Part shown: positions 51,306 through 60,277 of the stretch, in pieces
Layout: each line of letters begins with the position of its first letter
Numbering within the stretch: the stretch's first letter is position 1
Notes under the pieces: generated by a model
Told to the model about the DNA's origin: nothing
Database searches by the model: none
Seen by the model: only the letters and a program-made list of their open reading frames with translations
DNA from: a virus
Virus record (IMG/VR): IMGVR_UViG_3300020172_000530
Span: 12,690-76,689 of that record
Length of the DNA stretch: 64,000 nucleotides
Reading direction: 5' to 3' (one strand)
Translations under genes and position numbers: made by a program

Positions 51306-51560
51306 TTAGGCTCCTTTAGGTTGCTGTTTAGCCACAGAATCTAAAAAGTTTGTTAATTTGTTATACGTTTGCCCTATTACAAGCATTTCAGCAGGTTTGA
51401 ATGCTCCTCTTGAACTAGCAACATCTATAATCATCTTCATAGCATTTAAATCGCTAATGTTGAGTTCTGCTGCTTCTTGTTGAGCTACTGCTTCTGCTGG
51501 TGGAACAGGTGGAACAGGTGGAACTTGATTTTCTGCTGGATTTTTATTTTCGTCTGACAT
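51306..51560 (-). CDS. Hypothetical protein with VPP repeat
   Basis: 84-aa ORF with AAGGAG RBS. Confidence 0.65.
   Translation of the reverse strand: MSDENKNPAENQVPPVPPVPPAEAVAQQEAAELNISDLNAMKMIIDVASSRGAFKPAEMLVIGQTYNKLTNFLDSVAKQQPKGA
51499..51525. repeat. 9-nt tandem repeat (GGTGGAACA)x3, last copy imperfect
   Basis: Seen directly; encodes VPPVPPVPP on the minus strand. Confidence 0.8.
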
Positions 51561-51577
51561 ACTTACTCCTTAGTAAA

Positions 51578-51598
51578 AAGTATACGTTTATAATTATC
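51578..51598 (-). promoter_or_regulatory. Intergenic motif GATAATTATAAACGTATACTT (copy 1)
   Basis: 18/21 identical to 55027-55047, and just upstream of an RBS. Confidence 0.5.
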
Positions 51599-51599
51599 T

Positions 51600-51878
51600 T
51601 TATTTTAGATAAGGACAGGCAATTTTGAAGAAGCTAACTTCTTTTTCTTGCTCGAATCCAATCTTAAGAATATAGGTTATTGTGTTTTCTACTAGGTCAA
51701 TAGACTGCCCTGTATAGTATCTTCCATTCAAATTGTTATAGATCCATCTATCTATATTTTTGTAAAGTATCGGGCTATATTTAGGAATAATTATGTAATG
51801 AAAATGATGTGCTGGAAATTTACATTTTCTAAGATCCAGCACATTTAATGGATTTACTTTACCGTTTTTAAGAGCCAT
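51600..51878 (-). CDS. Hypothetical protein
   Basis: 92-aa ORF coupled to the VWA gene by a TAATG overlap. Confidence 0.6.
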   Translation of the reverse strand: MALKNGKVNPLNVLDLRKCKFPAHHFHYIIIPKYSPILYKNIDRWIYNNLNGRYYTGQSIDLVENTITYILKIGFEQEKEVSFFKIACPYLK

Positions 51879-53050
51879 TACTTCTTGAACTCATAGTACG
51901 CATGAGAACCAAATGGAGGAACAATAGAATCATCGCCGTGAATAATGAATACTGTATCACAATAATCCGGATCTCCCCATGAACTCCACGGATATCCGTC
52001 TGTAAACATGATAAACTTTTTAGGGTTAATATCGTGTTCTTTCATGTATTCCCAGTTAATATCAAAATCGGTACCGCCGCCGCCTTTGGGTTTGTATGTA
52101 TCGAACTCATCCATATTGTAACCGTTAAAATCAGCTTCGTTGTACACACGAGTATCAAAACACCAAAGTTTAATATTAAAGTCTTTGTACTCTTGCATAA
52201 TACCTTTGATCTCGCTTAAAAAGTCTTTAGCTTGATCATCTCCGATAGAACCGGACATATCGATACTTACGCAGATATCAATAGTTTCATCGAACTGAGT
52301 ACCAGGAAGAATAGCACTCATATGCCATGCTTTACGACTTGGCCGCATAAATGTATAATCGTTCTTGATAGTACTTTGAATTTGTTGACGAAGTATATCA
52401 CGCCAATTCATTTTAGGCTCAGTTAGATCTTTGATCATACGCTGGATCATTCCAGGAGTATTACCTGCTCCAGCTGCTTGTGCAGCTTGAATAGTGGCTT
52501 CTTTGATCTCGTCACGAATCTTTTTTAACTCTTCTTTAGAATAAGAAGGTCGATTACCGTTGCCATCTTTTTCCCAATCGATGTGCTCGTCGAGCATTTG
52601 GCCAAGAGCAGCTAACGATTCTTGATCATACTTTTCAAAAATTTCGTCGTAGATTTGTTCAGTGCCTTTACCATAGTGCTGAGGATCGTGAAAGATTTTA
52701 ATCTCTGGAGGTACTTCGCCAATATGATCACGCACTAATTGACCATTAACACTATAATCAGCAGCAGCATTCCAAATAAAACGATCACGTCCTTCTACAC
52801 GCGACATATGATCGAATACATTATGTAAAATTTCGTGTGCGACAACAAACTCGACCTGTTTGTTAGTTAACTTATCAAAAAAGTCTCGATTATAGTAAAG
52901 ACTACGTCCGTCTGTAGCAGCAGTAGGGCACCAATCACTACCGTCTACAATCTTAAGACGAGTTGCCATATTACCAAAGAATGGATGACGTAGCAAGAGT
53001 CCTACTCGTGCTACGACAATTTTATCAATTACAGGATCTAGATAACTCAT
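51878..53050 (-). CDS. HExxH metallopeptidase-like plus VWA domain protein (DUF2201-type)
   Basis: TAATDG, AHEILH, WN.A.D..VN, MIDAS-like IDMSGSI, GGGGTDF and FTDGY. Confidence 0.85.
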   Translation of the reverse strand: MSYLDPVIDKIVVARVGLLLRHPFFGNMATRLKIVDGSDWCPTAATDGRSLYYNRDFFDKLTNKQVEFVVAHEILHNVFDHMSRVEGRDRFIWNAAADYSVNGQLVRDHIGEVPPEIKIFHDPQHYGKGTEQIYDEIFEKYDQESLAALGQMLDEHIDWEKDGNGNRPSYSKEELKKIRDEIKEATIQAAQAAGAGNTPGMIQRMIKDLTEPKMNWRDILRQQIQSTIKNDYTFMRPSRKAWHMSAILPGTQFDETIDICVSIDMSGSIGDDQAKDFLSEIKGIMQEYKDFNIKLWCFDTRVYNEADFNGYNMDEFDTYKPKGGGGTDFDINWEYMKEHDINPKKFIMFTDGYPWSSWGDPDYCDTVFIIHGDDSIVPPFGSHAYYEFKK

Positions 53051-53080
53051 TGTTTACTCCGTTATTAACTGTACTTATAT

Positions 53081-53109
53081 AGTATAACAGGGTCCGCAGA
53101 CCCTGTCAA
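53081..53109 (-). promoter_or_regulatory. sigma70-type promoter TTGACA-17-TATACT
   Basis: Minus strand reads TTGACA gggtctgcggaccctgt TATACT, upstream of the GGAG RBS and ATG at 53050. Confidence 0.8.
53087..53106. terminator. GC-rich hairpin ACAGGGTC-N4-GACCCTGT (possible terminator or operator)
   Basis: Perfect 8-bp stem just downstream of the AAA ATPase stop. The U-tract is weak. Confidence 0.45.
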
Positions 53110-53120
53110 TCGAATTATAA

Positions 53121-54224
53121 TCAATTTCGATCTGTAGCAGCCGCAATATATTTGCCATATTTTGCGTGGAATTGATCGAAGCATTCAATTTCGTCCGGAT
53201 CCAACGGCAACTGATATTGAGTAAGTGCTAACTTAGTACCCATAACAACTAGTTCAGTTTCGAAGTTATTCATAATAAAATTGAAGAAATGATTGACTTT
53301 TTTATTCCAGTTCTTCTCATTTTTATCGCATGAATCTTTGAGTTCGTAGCAAAGACTAACAGTTAAGGAATACATTGCTGAAATTTCTTTAGATTCCATT
53401 TTAGTAACTTTGCCTGACAGGATATCTTCAGGTTTCGGCATCTTGCTGGCAATTTTGCGATGTGCCATAAACTTAACAGCAAGTCCTTCACCGACAGCAC
53501 CTGAAATAAGATCAGTCAATGTACCTTCATCCTCGTCGTCGTCGAACAACAGTTCAGAAACAAATGCCCATGAACGAGGCGTAGCAAACGCACGGCTACC
53601 ACTCTTAGGATCAAAATCATACAGATCTTTCTTACTAAAAGAAAGGAAACCTAATACATCTTTGTGCATACGATTATCAGTAGCCCAATTGAAATAATCA
53701 TCCCAATCTACACGCATTTCTAAGTGTACAAAACGGTTAGCCAACGGAGCAGGCATACGATAGGTAACACCTTTGTCGCTTTCACGATTACCTGCCGCAA
53801 CAATCAGTACGTTGTCTGGCAAATAGTAAGTACCAACACGACGATTAAGCACTAACTGATATGCTGCTGCCTGTACAGCAGGCGCTGCTGAGTTCATTTC
53901 GTCCATAAACAAAATGATTTTTTTATGCTTTTTTGCCATCTCAGCATCAGGTAATTCAATTGGCGGTGCCCATGACATTTTACCATTGTCACTATCAAAA
54001 TATGGAATACCTTTGATATCAGTGGGTTCCCACAAACTCAATCGGATATCAATAACGAGTGCTTCGAGATCTTCACCCATCTGCTTAATAATATCTGACT
54101 TACCAATGCCTGGAGGACCCCAAATAAAGATAGGACGTCCAATACCTTTATTAGCTCTGAATGCTCGTTGTACAGCTTTTTTAGCAGCCTTGGGACCAAC
54201 TTGTCGACTAATTATTTCACTCAT
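53121..54224 (-). CDS. MoxR-type/AAA_5 AAA+ ATPase
   Basis: Walker A GPPGIGKS, Walker B LFMDE, AAGNR, PLANRF and TPRSW. Confidence 0.9.
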   Translation of the reverse strand: MSEIISRQVGPKAAKKAVQRAFRANKGIGRPIFIWGPPGIGKSDIIKQMGEDLEALVIDIRLSLWEPTDIKGIPYFDSDNGKMSWAPPIELPDAEMAKKHKKIILFMDEMNSAAPAVQAAAYQLVLNRRVGTYYLPDNVLIVAAGNRESDKGVTYRMPAPLANRFVHLEMRVDWDDYFNWATDNRMHKDVLGFLSFSKKDLYDFDPKSGSRAFATPRSWAFVSELLFDDDEDEGTLTDLISGAVGEGLAVKFMAHRKIASKMPKPEDILSGKVTKMESKEISAMYSLTVSLCYELKDSCDKNEKNWNKKVNHFFNFIMNNFETELVVMGTKLALTQYQLPLDPDEIECFDQFHAKYGKYIAAATDRN

Positions 54225-54289
54225 GATTGCCTTTCGTTGTTAAAAAGTTAAAAGTATTTTTTGCTTGTTCTGTGTCTTGCAATGTGTTA

Positions 54290-54318
54290 ATTATACTGCG
54301 AAAGACAAGTGATGTCAA
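54290..54318 (-). promoter_or_regulatory. Consensus sigma70 promoter TTGACA-17-TATAAT
   Basis: Minus strand reads TTGACA tcacttgtctttcgcag TATAAT, upstream of the ATPase gene. Confidence 0.85.
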
Positions 54319-54331
54319 AGACTTTTTAGCG

Positions 54332-54733
54332 TTATTCGCTAGTTTGGTTATCTGATAATCGTTTGTTCATAGCCTTAACTAATCCATAACGACGAATGTC
54401 ATCGGAAAACATGTAAAGTTCAAAACTTTTTCTTTCTGAAAAAACAGTTATTGCTGAATTAGTAAGAAAATATGGACAATCCATGTGTCGATCAAAAAAG
54501 ATGATTACTTGCGGACTTAGATCAATAGGGTCTGTAAACGGAATAGTGTAGCCTTTAAGCTCTAATGCTTCAGTAAGGAATTCCATTCCTTCATCACTTA
54601 GGCGTAATCCACCTTCTGCTTTTGATCTGTGGCTTTGCCACCATTTGTATAGATGTAATTTTACATTAGCAGAATCTACACTATACTCTGCCTGTGTTAA
54701 AAATATTTTTGTGTATGTCTCTTTAGAAATCAT
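54332..54733 (-). CDS. Hypothetical protein
   Basis: 133-aa ORF. Confidence 0.6.
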   Translation of the reverse strand: MISKETYTKIFLTQAEYSVDSANVKLHLYKWWQSHRSKAEGGLRLSDEGMEFLTEALELKGYTIPFTDPIDLSPQVIIFFDRHMDCPYFLTNSAITVFSERKSFELYMFSDDIRRYGLVKAMNKRLSDNQTSE

Positions 54734-55016
54734 TTGGTACTAGCGCACCTGTTGTAAGTTTATACACGGCAAAGTCAACAGAGTTAAACATCTGATTTAA
54801 TTTTTTAGCAAGATTATGTGCGTGTCCAGGATTGCTGAAACTTACTTTTTTATATTTTGGTCCAGGGTAACTAGTCAAACTGTTTGAACTTTTTAAATTA
54901 AAGGGTTCGCCTTTATAAAAAACAGCCCAAATAGCTTCAGCTTCTAGTATTTGCTCGCTTTTATAATTCTTCTTATTAATGTACTCTAGCAGCACTTTTG
55001 GTTTTGGCCTACTCAT
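54723..55016 (-). CDS. Hypothetical protein (MSRPKPKVLLE...)
   Basis: The ATG at 55016, preceded by GGAG, is preferred over the TTG at 55028. Confidence 0.65.
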   Translation of the reverse strand: MSRPKPKVLLEYINKKNYKSEQILEAEAIWAVFYKGEPFNLKSSNSLTSYPGPKYKKVSFSNPGHAHNLAKKLNQMFNSVDFAVYKLTTGALVPNDF

Positions 55017-55026
55017 ATACGTCTCC

Positions 55027-55047
55027 AAATATACGTATATATTTATC
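55027..55047 (-). promoter_or_regulatory. Intergenic motif GATAAATATATACGTATATTT (copy 2; late-promoter-like ATAAATA)
   Basis: Contains ATAAATA and the palindrome ATATACGTATAT; 18/21 match to 51578-51598. Confidence 0.5.
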
Positions 55048-55052
55048 TGGTT

Positions 55053-55289
55053 TTATTTAAACCCGCCGCCGTCCATCTGAATATTGACAGTTTCTCCAGT
55101 ATTTTGTAATACTCTTTGTAAGATAGCGTCATAATTTTCTAATAATTTAGCATTAACATCAGCTAAACAGTACATTAACAGTTTAGCTGATTTAATATCA
55201 ATTTTGATTTCTTTTTGTTGACTCAAATCAGCGGCTTTAACTTGTTGAATAAAGTTTTGTATAGGTTGTGTATTAATTGGATTTTGCAT
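55053..55289 (-). CDS. Hypothetical protein
   Basis: 78-aa ORF. Confidence 0.55.
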   Translation of the reverse strand: MQNPINTQPIQNFIQQVKAADLSQQKEIKIDIKSAKLLMYCLADVNAKLLENYDAILQRVLQNTGETVNIQMDGGGFK

Positions 55290-55749
55290 TTGAGAGAGCC
55301 TGTTTCATTTCTAGTTCTGTCTTAAATGGACCTTTATGTTCATATCTTTCAATGGTGATAAGTTTAGGACAGAAACTTTTCACCCACCCTTTATCGAACT
55401 TAATAGTATAGTAACCTGCACAGTACAAGCTCTTACTAGCACCGCTTTTAGTAAACAAAGGTAATCTTTTCTGAACATTGAAAATTGGATTGAAAGGATA
55501 ACAGCTGGTAGGAAATCCATATACTTCTCTTACTTCAGTGTGACTAACTTGTGTTTTAATAGTTGTTTCGAAAAAGTCCTTACCGAATAATTTGGTTAAG
55601 TCATCTTTTCGATTAAAGTATTTTTCTCCACCTTTGGCACTCAACATGAATTTGTTGTTCTCTTTTTTATGAAGAGTTCCAATTTTTTCACCATTTTCTT
55701 CGACGATCCAAAATTTACCATCTACAATTGGTTTAGCTTTAATGTTCAT
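55273..55749 (-). CDS. Hypothetical protein
   Basis: 158-aa ORF overlapping both neighbours. Confidence 0.6.
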   Translation of the reverse strand: MNIKAKPIVDGKFWIVEENGEKIGTLHKKENNKFMLSAKGGEKYFNRKDDLTKLFGKDFFETTIKTQVSHTEVREVYGFPTSCYPFNPIFNVQKRLPLFTKSGASKSLYCAGYYTIKFDKGWVKSFCPKLITIERYEHKGPFKTELEMKQALSNAKSN

Positions 55750-56731
55750 TTATATATCTCGCTTGAAAAGGTTCTGCGTAACTTTGGATACTATCCATAA
55801 TTTTTTTCATATCGTACAGTTGACAGAATTTCATTAGCCTAATACCAACTTGACTAACATTTTTAGGTTCTTGTGTTTGTGTACGTATTGTTTCTTTGAT
55901 AAGTTCTTTAATATTGTCTGGCTGACAAGTTAAATCAATTAATTGACGATTACGTTCATAATCGTCTAACACTCTGTGTTCTTTTTTTTCATGGTCTACC
56001 CATTTTTGCAACATGAGATTATTCCACGCATATCCTTTTTTATTTTTGTCTTCAAATGCTTCTTGAAGACCTACTTTATTTTTAGTACCTTTAGTACGAA
56101 CTCCAGGATATGCACTAAAGACATTGTCGCTAGTATCACCACGCATACATTTCTCAAATAGTATCCATTCTGGATTAGGAGCAGGCGCTTCTTCTTTAGT
56201 TTTCTTATCTATGATTCGTTTACCTTTTTTATCAAAGATACCTTTATGTGTAGTAGTAGTTTCAGCTACACCATTATATTGACTTACATTAGCAGAAATT
56301 AATTGATGAAAATCACTGTCAGTGCTAATAATAATATGATTATCGTTGGGATGTGTCTGAATAAATCCTGCTATAAGATCGTCTGCTTCTAATTGTGAAT
56401 TTTGTAGAACAGTGCAATTAGTCTTTTCTGTAACAAAGTTTTTAAATTCGTCAAAGGTTTCCCAGAACAGTTTATCTTCTTCCTGTTCCTTAACTGTCAT
56501 TGCCGCACGAGTTTCTGCTCGATTGGCTTTGTAAGGCTTGTAGTAGTCTTTACGCCATGAGCGACCTTCGAGACAGAACACTACATGGCTTCCGTTAAAG
56601 TCTTGCCATGCTTTTTTAATACTGTTAAATGTAATATGAAGAGCCATGCCGAGTTTAATATCTGCGTCACCTCTTATTACATGTCGTGCTCTAAAGAATG
56701 TATTAGCAGTATCTACTAAAATATAGTTCAT
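55739..56731 (-). CDS. rnh: T4 RNase H-like 5'-3' exonuclease (PIN/FEN fold)
   Basis: ILVD..N, SWRK..Y..YKANR, LEADDLIA, ISTDSDFHQL and GDTSDNV. Confidence 0.88.
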   Translation of the reverse strand: MNYILVDTANTFFRARHVIRGDADIKLGMALHITFNSIKKAWQDFNGSHVVFCLEGRSWRKDYYKPYKANRAETRAAMTVKEQEEDKLFWETFDEFKNFVTEKTNCTVLQNSQLEADDLIAGFIQTHPNDNHIIISTDSDFHQLISANVSQYNGVAETTTTHKGIFDKKGKRIIDKKTKEEAPAPNPEWILFEKCMRGDTSDNVFSAYPGVRTKGTKNKVGLQEAFEDKNKKGYAWNNLMLQKWVDHEKKEHRVLDDYERNRQLIDLTCQPDNIKELIKETIRTQTQEPKNVSQVGIRLMKFCQLYDMKKIMDSIQSYAEPFQARYINEH

Positions 56732-57177
56732 GAAATTTCGGAACGGCCTTTCTCAATAGGAATGACGTTAATATAACCAGAACCGCGTGTAACATCTTGA
56801 CCTTCCTCTGCCAAAATGTTACGTGCCAAATCACGGAACCAACGATCTACAATTTCTTCTTCTGGATCACCATCAAAACCATATCCAGCTTCTTTTAATT
56901 GTACTACAAAATATTCGTTCCAGTCAAGTTCAAAAAAGCCATTTCTTATATTATCTGGATTTACTTTAGTGTCTAATACTGTGACCCACGGTTCTTTCAT
57001 CTCAGTAGCACGTTCTTTAGGACTTAATTTGATTAATCGTTCTTGCTCTTGAGCATTTGCTGCTTCTTCTTGCGCTCGTACAGTTTCAGCAACAGCTTTG
57101 TCTCTTGCTGCTTGTAGTATTTCTTTTTCTTCTTCTAGTTTATCAAAACCTAGTAATTTTTTTATAATTTTTTTCAT
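56728..57177 (-). CDS. Hypothetical protein
   Basis: ATG at 57177 in a TGATG overlap with the queE stop; N-terminal coiled coil. Confidence 0.6.
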   Translation of the reverse strand: MKKIIKKLLGFDKLEEEKEILQAARDKAVAETVRAQEEAANAQEQERLIKLSPKERATEMKEPWVTVLDTKVNPDNIRNGFFELDWNEYFVVQLKEAGYGFDGDPEEEIVDRWFRDLARNILAEEGQDVTRGSGYINVIPIEKGRSEIS

Positions 57178-58025
57178 CAAGTTCCCCAAGCATTTTTAAA
57201 TAATGGTACTTGTAACCTGTCGCTGTACCGTAAGCCATGTTTCATTGCTAATAGTGCTACATTTTGATTATTCATAGCATACACATTTTCTACGCCGCCT
57301 AGTGGCATAAAATACACATGACCTTCAAACCCTTCTTTTTCGTATAATTCTACAACTTCTAATGCTTCGTTAACATCGTCTTCTGTTGCTACTACAAATT
57401 TAAGATATGTATGACCTAATTTTTGATATTCGCATATAATGTCCGGACGAATAGCATCTTCTCTAGATTCTCCGCTAACGCTAAGTTTAGGACTTACACT
57501 AAATGTAAGATTATGATAACCATGTTTATGACTCCATTTCTCAAGATACTTTTGAAAGTCTTTGCTTATGGTTTGAGTACCGTTAGTCTCAAATGTAATA
57601 TCTTTTAATTTTTTAAGTTTTTCATGACTTAACAAGTCGGGGTAGGCACGTTGCCAGCCTAGTAACGGTTCTCCGCCTGTGATTACTAAATGAATATCTC
57701 TCCATTTGTGATCAGGCAATACCTCTATCATTCTATCTACTATGGCATCTACAGTTAACATAGGACTTAGATCTTTAAATCTTGGATCCCACGAAGCATA
57801 ACTATCGCAGCCTGTACTTACAATAGGTAGTTCCTCGTACTTATTATACATATTAATAACTTCAGCAACGTCGTCATTAGCTGTACTACGTTCGCCACGT
57901 GGCATACCAAATCCAGAGCAGGTAAAATTACAACCAAATGTACGTAAGAAAATAGAAGGTACACCCATGAAGCGTCCTTCTCCTTGTATACTATAAAACA
58001 GTTCTGCTATTTTTATTTTACTCAT
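57177..58025 (-). CDS. queE: 7-carboxy-7-deazaguanine synthase QueE (radical SAM)
   Basis: ELFYSIQGEG...G.PSIFLR.FGCN..C...GCDS, VITGGEPLL, FETNGT, SVSPKL and LKFVV. Confidence 0.88.
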   Translation of the reverse strand: MSKIKIAELFYSIQGEGRFMGVPSIFLRTFGCNFTCSGFGMPRGERSTANDDVAEVINMYNKYEELPIVSTGCDSYASWDPRFKDLSPMLTVDAIVDRMIEVLPDHKWRDIHLVITGGEPLLGWQRAYPDLLSHEKLKKLKDITFETNGTQTISKDFQKYLEKWSHKHGYHNLTFSVSPKLSVSGESREDAIRPDIICEYQKLGHTYLKFVVATEDDVNEALEVVELYEKEGFEGHVYFMPLGGVENVYAMNNQNVALLAMKHGLRYSDRLQVPLFKNAWGT

Positions 58026-58327
58026 TGTTTTAATACCTCTAATGTAGCTATTTTAGCTATTTTTTCTCCAAAGTCCTCTTCCTTGCCAATAACATATATC
58101 TGGTTAAGACTACGGTCACTATTACGATCATGATATCTAAATTCTACTACTTTACCACCAACAGCATTGTACACAGTGAAATTTAAAATAGCGTCACTAT
58201 TTAATTGACGAGTTTCGTAGGAACTACTAGAAACAACTTTGCCCAAGCCGTCTGCTCTATCCATTTCAATTTCCCAAGATTCTCTAGACCACTGTCTGAG
58301 TTTTTTCTTAATCCATTTTTTAATCAT
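58022..58327 (-). CDS. Hypothetical protein
   Basis: 101-aa ORF with ATGA overlap. Confidence 0.6.
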   Translation of the reverse strand: MIKKWIKKKLRQWSRESWEIEMDRADGLGKVVSSSSYETRQLNSDAILNFTVYNAVGGKVVEFRYHDRNSDRSLNQIYVIGKEEDFGEKIAKIATLEVLKQ

Positions 58328-58541
58328 CTTTCATTCCTGATATAAATTCGCTAACGCGACGTTCTGCTTCTTCCTTATCTACAGCCATTAATGTTACAGT
58401 CAATACATTGTTTTTGTCAAGTTTAATATCGTATGGCATTTTGCCGTTAAGTACAAAGTCTTCAGACATTGTTCTTACTACTTTGTATTCTTTTAGATTT
58501 TTCATCCTAAATATTACATCGTCAACAGGTTTGTTCATCAA
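58320..58541 (-). CDS. Hypothetical protein
   Basis: 73-aa ORF with GGAG RBS. Confidence 0.6.
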   Translation of the reverse strand: MMNKPVDDVIFRMKNLKEYKVVRTMSEDFVLNGKMPYDIKLDKNNVLTVTLMAVDKEEAERRVSEFISGMKDD

Positions 58542-58547
58542 TTTCTC

Positions 58548-59453
58548 CTAATTAGCATCGGGGTCGTGGGCAATACCACGCCATTGTTTGATTTTTACTT
58601 CTTGTGCTTCAGGTGTATCTTCTGCCCAGACACTAATCCATCGTGTGCCAGTCCACTTTGCTGTAGTCGAAATAGAATTTGGCCACTCATTCTTTTTGCC
58701 TGTGTCGATTTCATAGATGCCTTCGCGTATTGGATTAACTTTCTTTGAAAACCAATCAGTCATTTCGTAAGTACAGTCGTCGGAATTACGATACCGTTCC
58801 CACTTGCCGTCTTTCAATGATCCTGCTACATAGAATCCAAACTCTGAACTCTTGCCAGTAGTATCGCCGCCCCAGTTATCAATCGACTCGCCGTCATAAT
58901 CTACACCAAAAACAACCTCACTGCCGTCTACGTCTTCAATTTTGAAAGTTAATTTATTAATATCAAATGGAGCGGTGAGTTCAATGTCACCTTCGAAGAA
59001 TGTACCTTTTTCGTTACTGTTACCAATGAATACTATAGTGCCAGCAGGTTTGTCGTCAATAAAGGTTTCGTCTGTATAATCAAACTCTGGACAGTCTTCG
59101 TCTTGAAAATCTTCAAGACTACTTTGAATTACTTCGTCACCGTTTTCGTCTTCAATTCGTACAGTGCCGCTATCTCGTACAACACCATTAGTATGTGCCA
59201 TATCATCACATTCGTACCATGATCCAGGAAGGAATGGCCACATGTCTTCGGGGATATTGTGTTCTTCAGCATAGTCACTGTCCCAAGCAAAGTCACTGAC
59301 ATCTAATCTACGACTTTTAAAGTAATCATAAATTTTACGATCTACTGTGCCCATGACAGATTCGCCACCGTAGCCCCAAAGACTAATCTTATAAGTGCAT
59401 GGAGTGAATTTAAGTATTTCTATTAAATGATCTTTTTCTTTTTTAGTGGCCAT
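58548..59453 (-). CDS. Acidic hypothetical protein
   Basis: 301 aa, Asp/Glu-rich, with a Trp-rich C-terminal module (DWF...P.REG.YE...W.G..W...WRG). Confidence 0.65.
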   Translation of the reverse strand: MATKKEKDHLIEILKFTPCTYKISLWGYGGESVMGTVDRKIYDYFKSRRLDVSDFAWDSDYAEEHNIPEDMWPFLPGSWYECDDMAHTNGVVRDSGTVRIEDENGDEVIQSSLEDFQDEDCPEFDYTDETFIDDKPAGTIVFIGNSNEKGTFFEGDIELTAPFDINKLTFKIEDVDGSEVVFGVDYDGESIDNWGGDTTGKSSEFGFYVAGSLKDGKWERYRNSDDCTYEMTDWFSKKVNPIREGIYEIDTGKKNEWPNSISTTAKWTGTRWISVWAEDTPEAQEVKIKQWRGIAHDPDAN

Positions 59454-59462
59454 AAGTAATTT

Positions 59463-60230
59463 TTACCTCGGAGCAAAATCTTGTTGTAGTTTGATGTTGT
59501 CAAAAAACTCTTTTTTAGTTCCTTGATCCTCTTTGAAAGCACCTTTTAATACCGTAGTCTGCGTTAGACTACTATGTGCCATGATGCCTCTGTTTTCACA
59601 GCAGCCATGTACCGCCTGTATATAAACACCTACATCAGTAGCATCAGTTGCCTTCATAATTTCTCTAGCAATGTCATTGGCTAATTCCTCTTGTAGTGTT
59701 CCTCTACGGGCACACCATTGTGCTATACGGGTGTACTTAGATAAACCAATGAGCTTATTAGCAGCAATGATACCAATATAGGCAACTCCGCTAACAGGCT
59801 GATGATGATGACTACACATACTACGCAACTCACTGCGAACAACAAGCATGCCTTCATATCTATCTTGCGAATCGTTAGGAAATGCTGTACAGTCTGGACT
59901 TGGTTCATATCTTCCTGCCATTATTTCGTTAAAATACATTTTAGCAAGACGACGTGCTGTACCCTTGCTATTAGGATCGGTTTCTCGATCAATCAGCAGA
60001 GCATCAAGTACGCCTTCAAACGCTACAGTAGCTTCTTCAATAAGATAGTTTTTATCAAACTCGTCGTGGACATATTCGCTGATATTGTCGCCAGCCCAAA
60101 ATCTTTTACCGTCACGTTTCATCCTAGCACGAATAGCAGACGACAACGATGACTTTTTGTGGCCACCGTCACTGGCCATAGCATCTAAGCCAGTTTCGTC
60201 ATTGCTTTCATATATTTTATTATATACCAT
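59463..60230 (-). CDS. folE: GTP cyclohydrolase I
   Basis: T.RRLAKMY, SMCSHHHQP, IGLSKY.RI, LQEEL, HGCCENRG and EFF. Confidence 0.93.
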   Translation of the reverse strand: MVYNKIYESNDETGLDAMASDGGHKKSSLSSAIRARMKRDGKRFWAGDNISEYVHDEFDKNYLIEEATVAFEGVLDALLIDRETDPNSKGTARRLAKMYFNEIMAGRYEPSPDCTAFPNDSQDRYEGMLVVRSELRSMCSHHHQPVSGVAYIGIIAANKLIGLSKYTRIAQWCARRGTLQEELANDIAREIMKATDATDVGVYIQAVHGCCENRGIMAHSSLTQTTVLKGAFKEDQGTKKEFFDNIKLQQDFAPR

Positions 60231-60248
60231 AAGTTTTCCTTTGTTGCT

Positions 60249-60277
60249 ATTATATTATATTATTTAGGTTTAGTCAA
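60249..60277 (-). promoter_or_regulatory. sigma70-type promoter TTGACT-17-TATAAT for folE
   Basis: Minus strand reads TTGACT aaacctaaataatataa TATAAT, followed by an AGGA RBS. Confidence 0.7.

Noticed and set aside
59463-60230. folE as a folate auxiliary metabolic gene
   Set aside because: The neighbouring queE and absence of other fol genes favour the 7-deazaguanine pathway.
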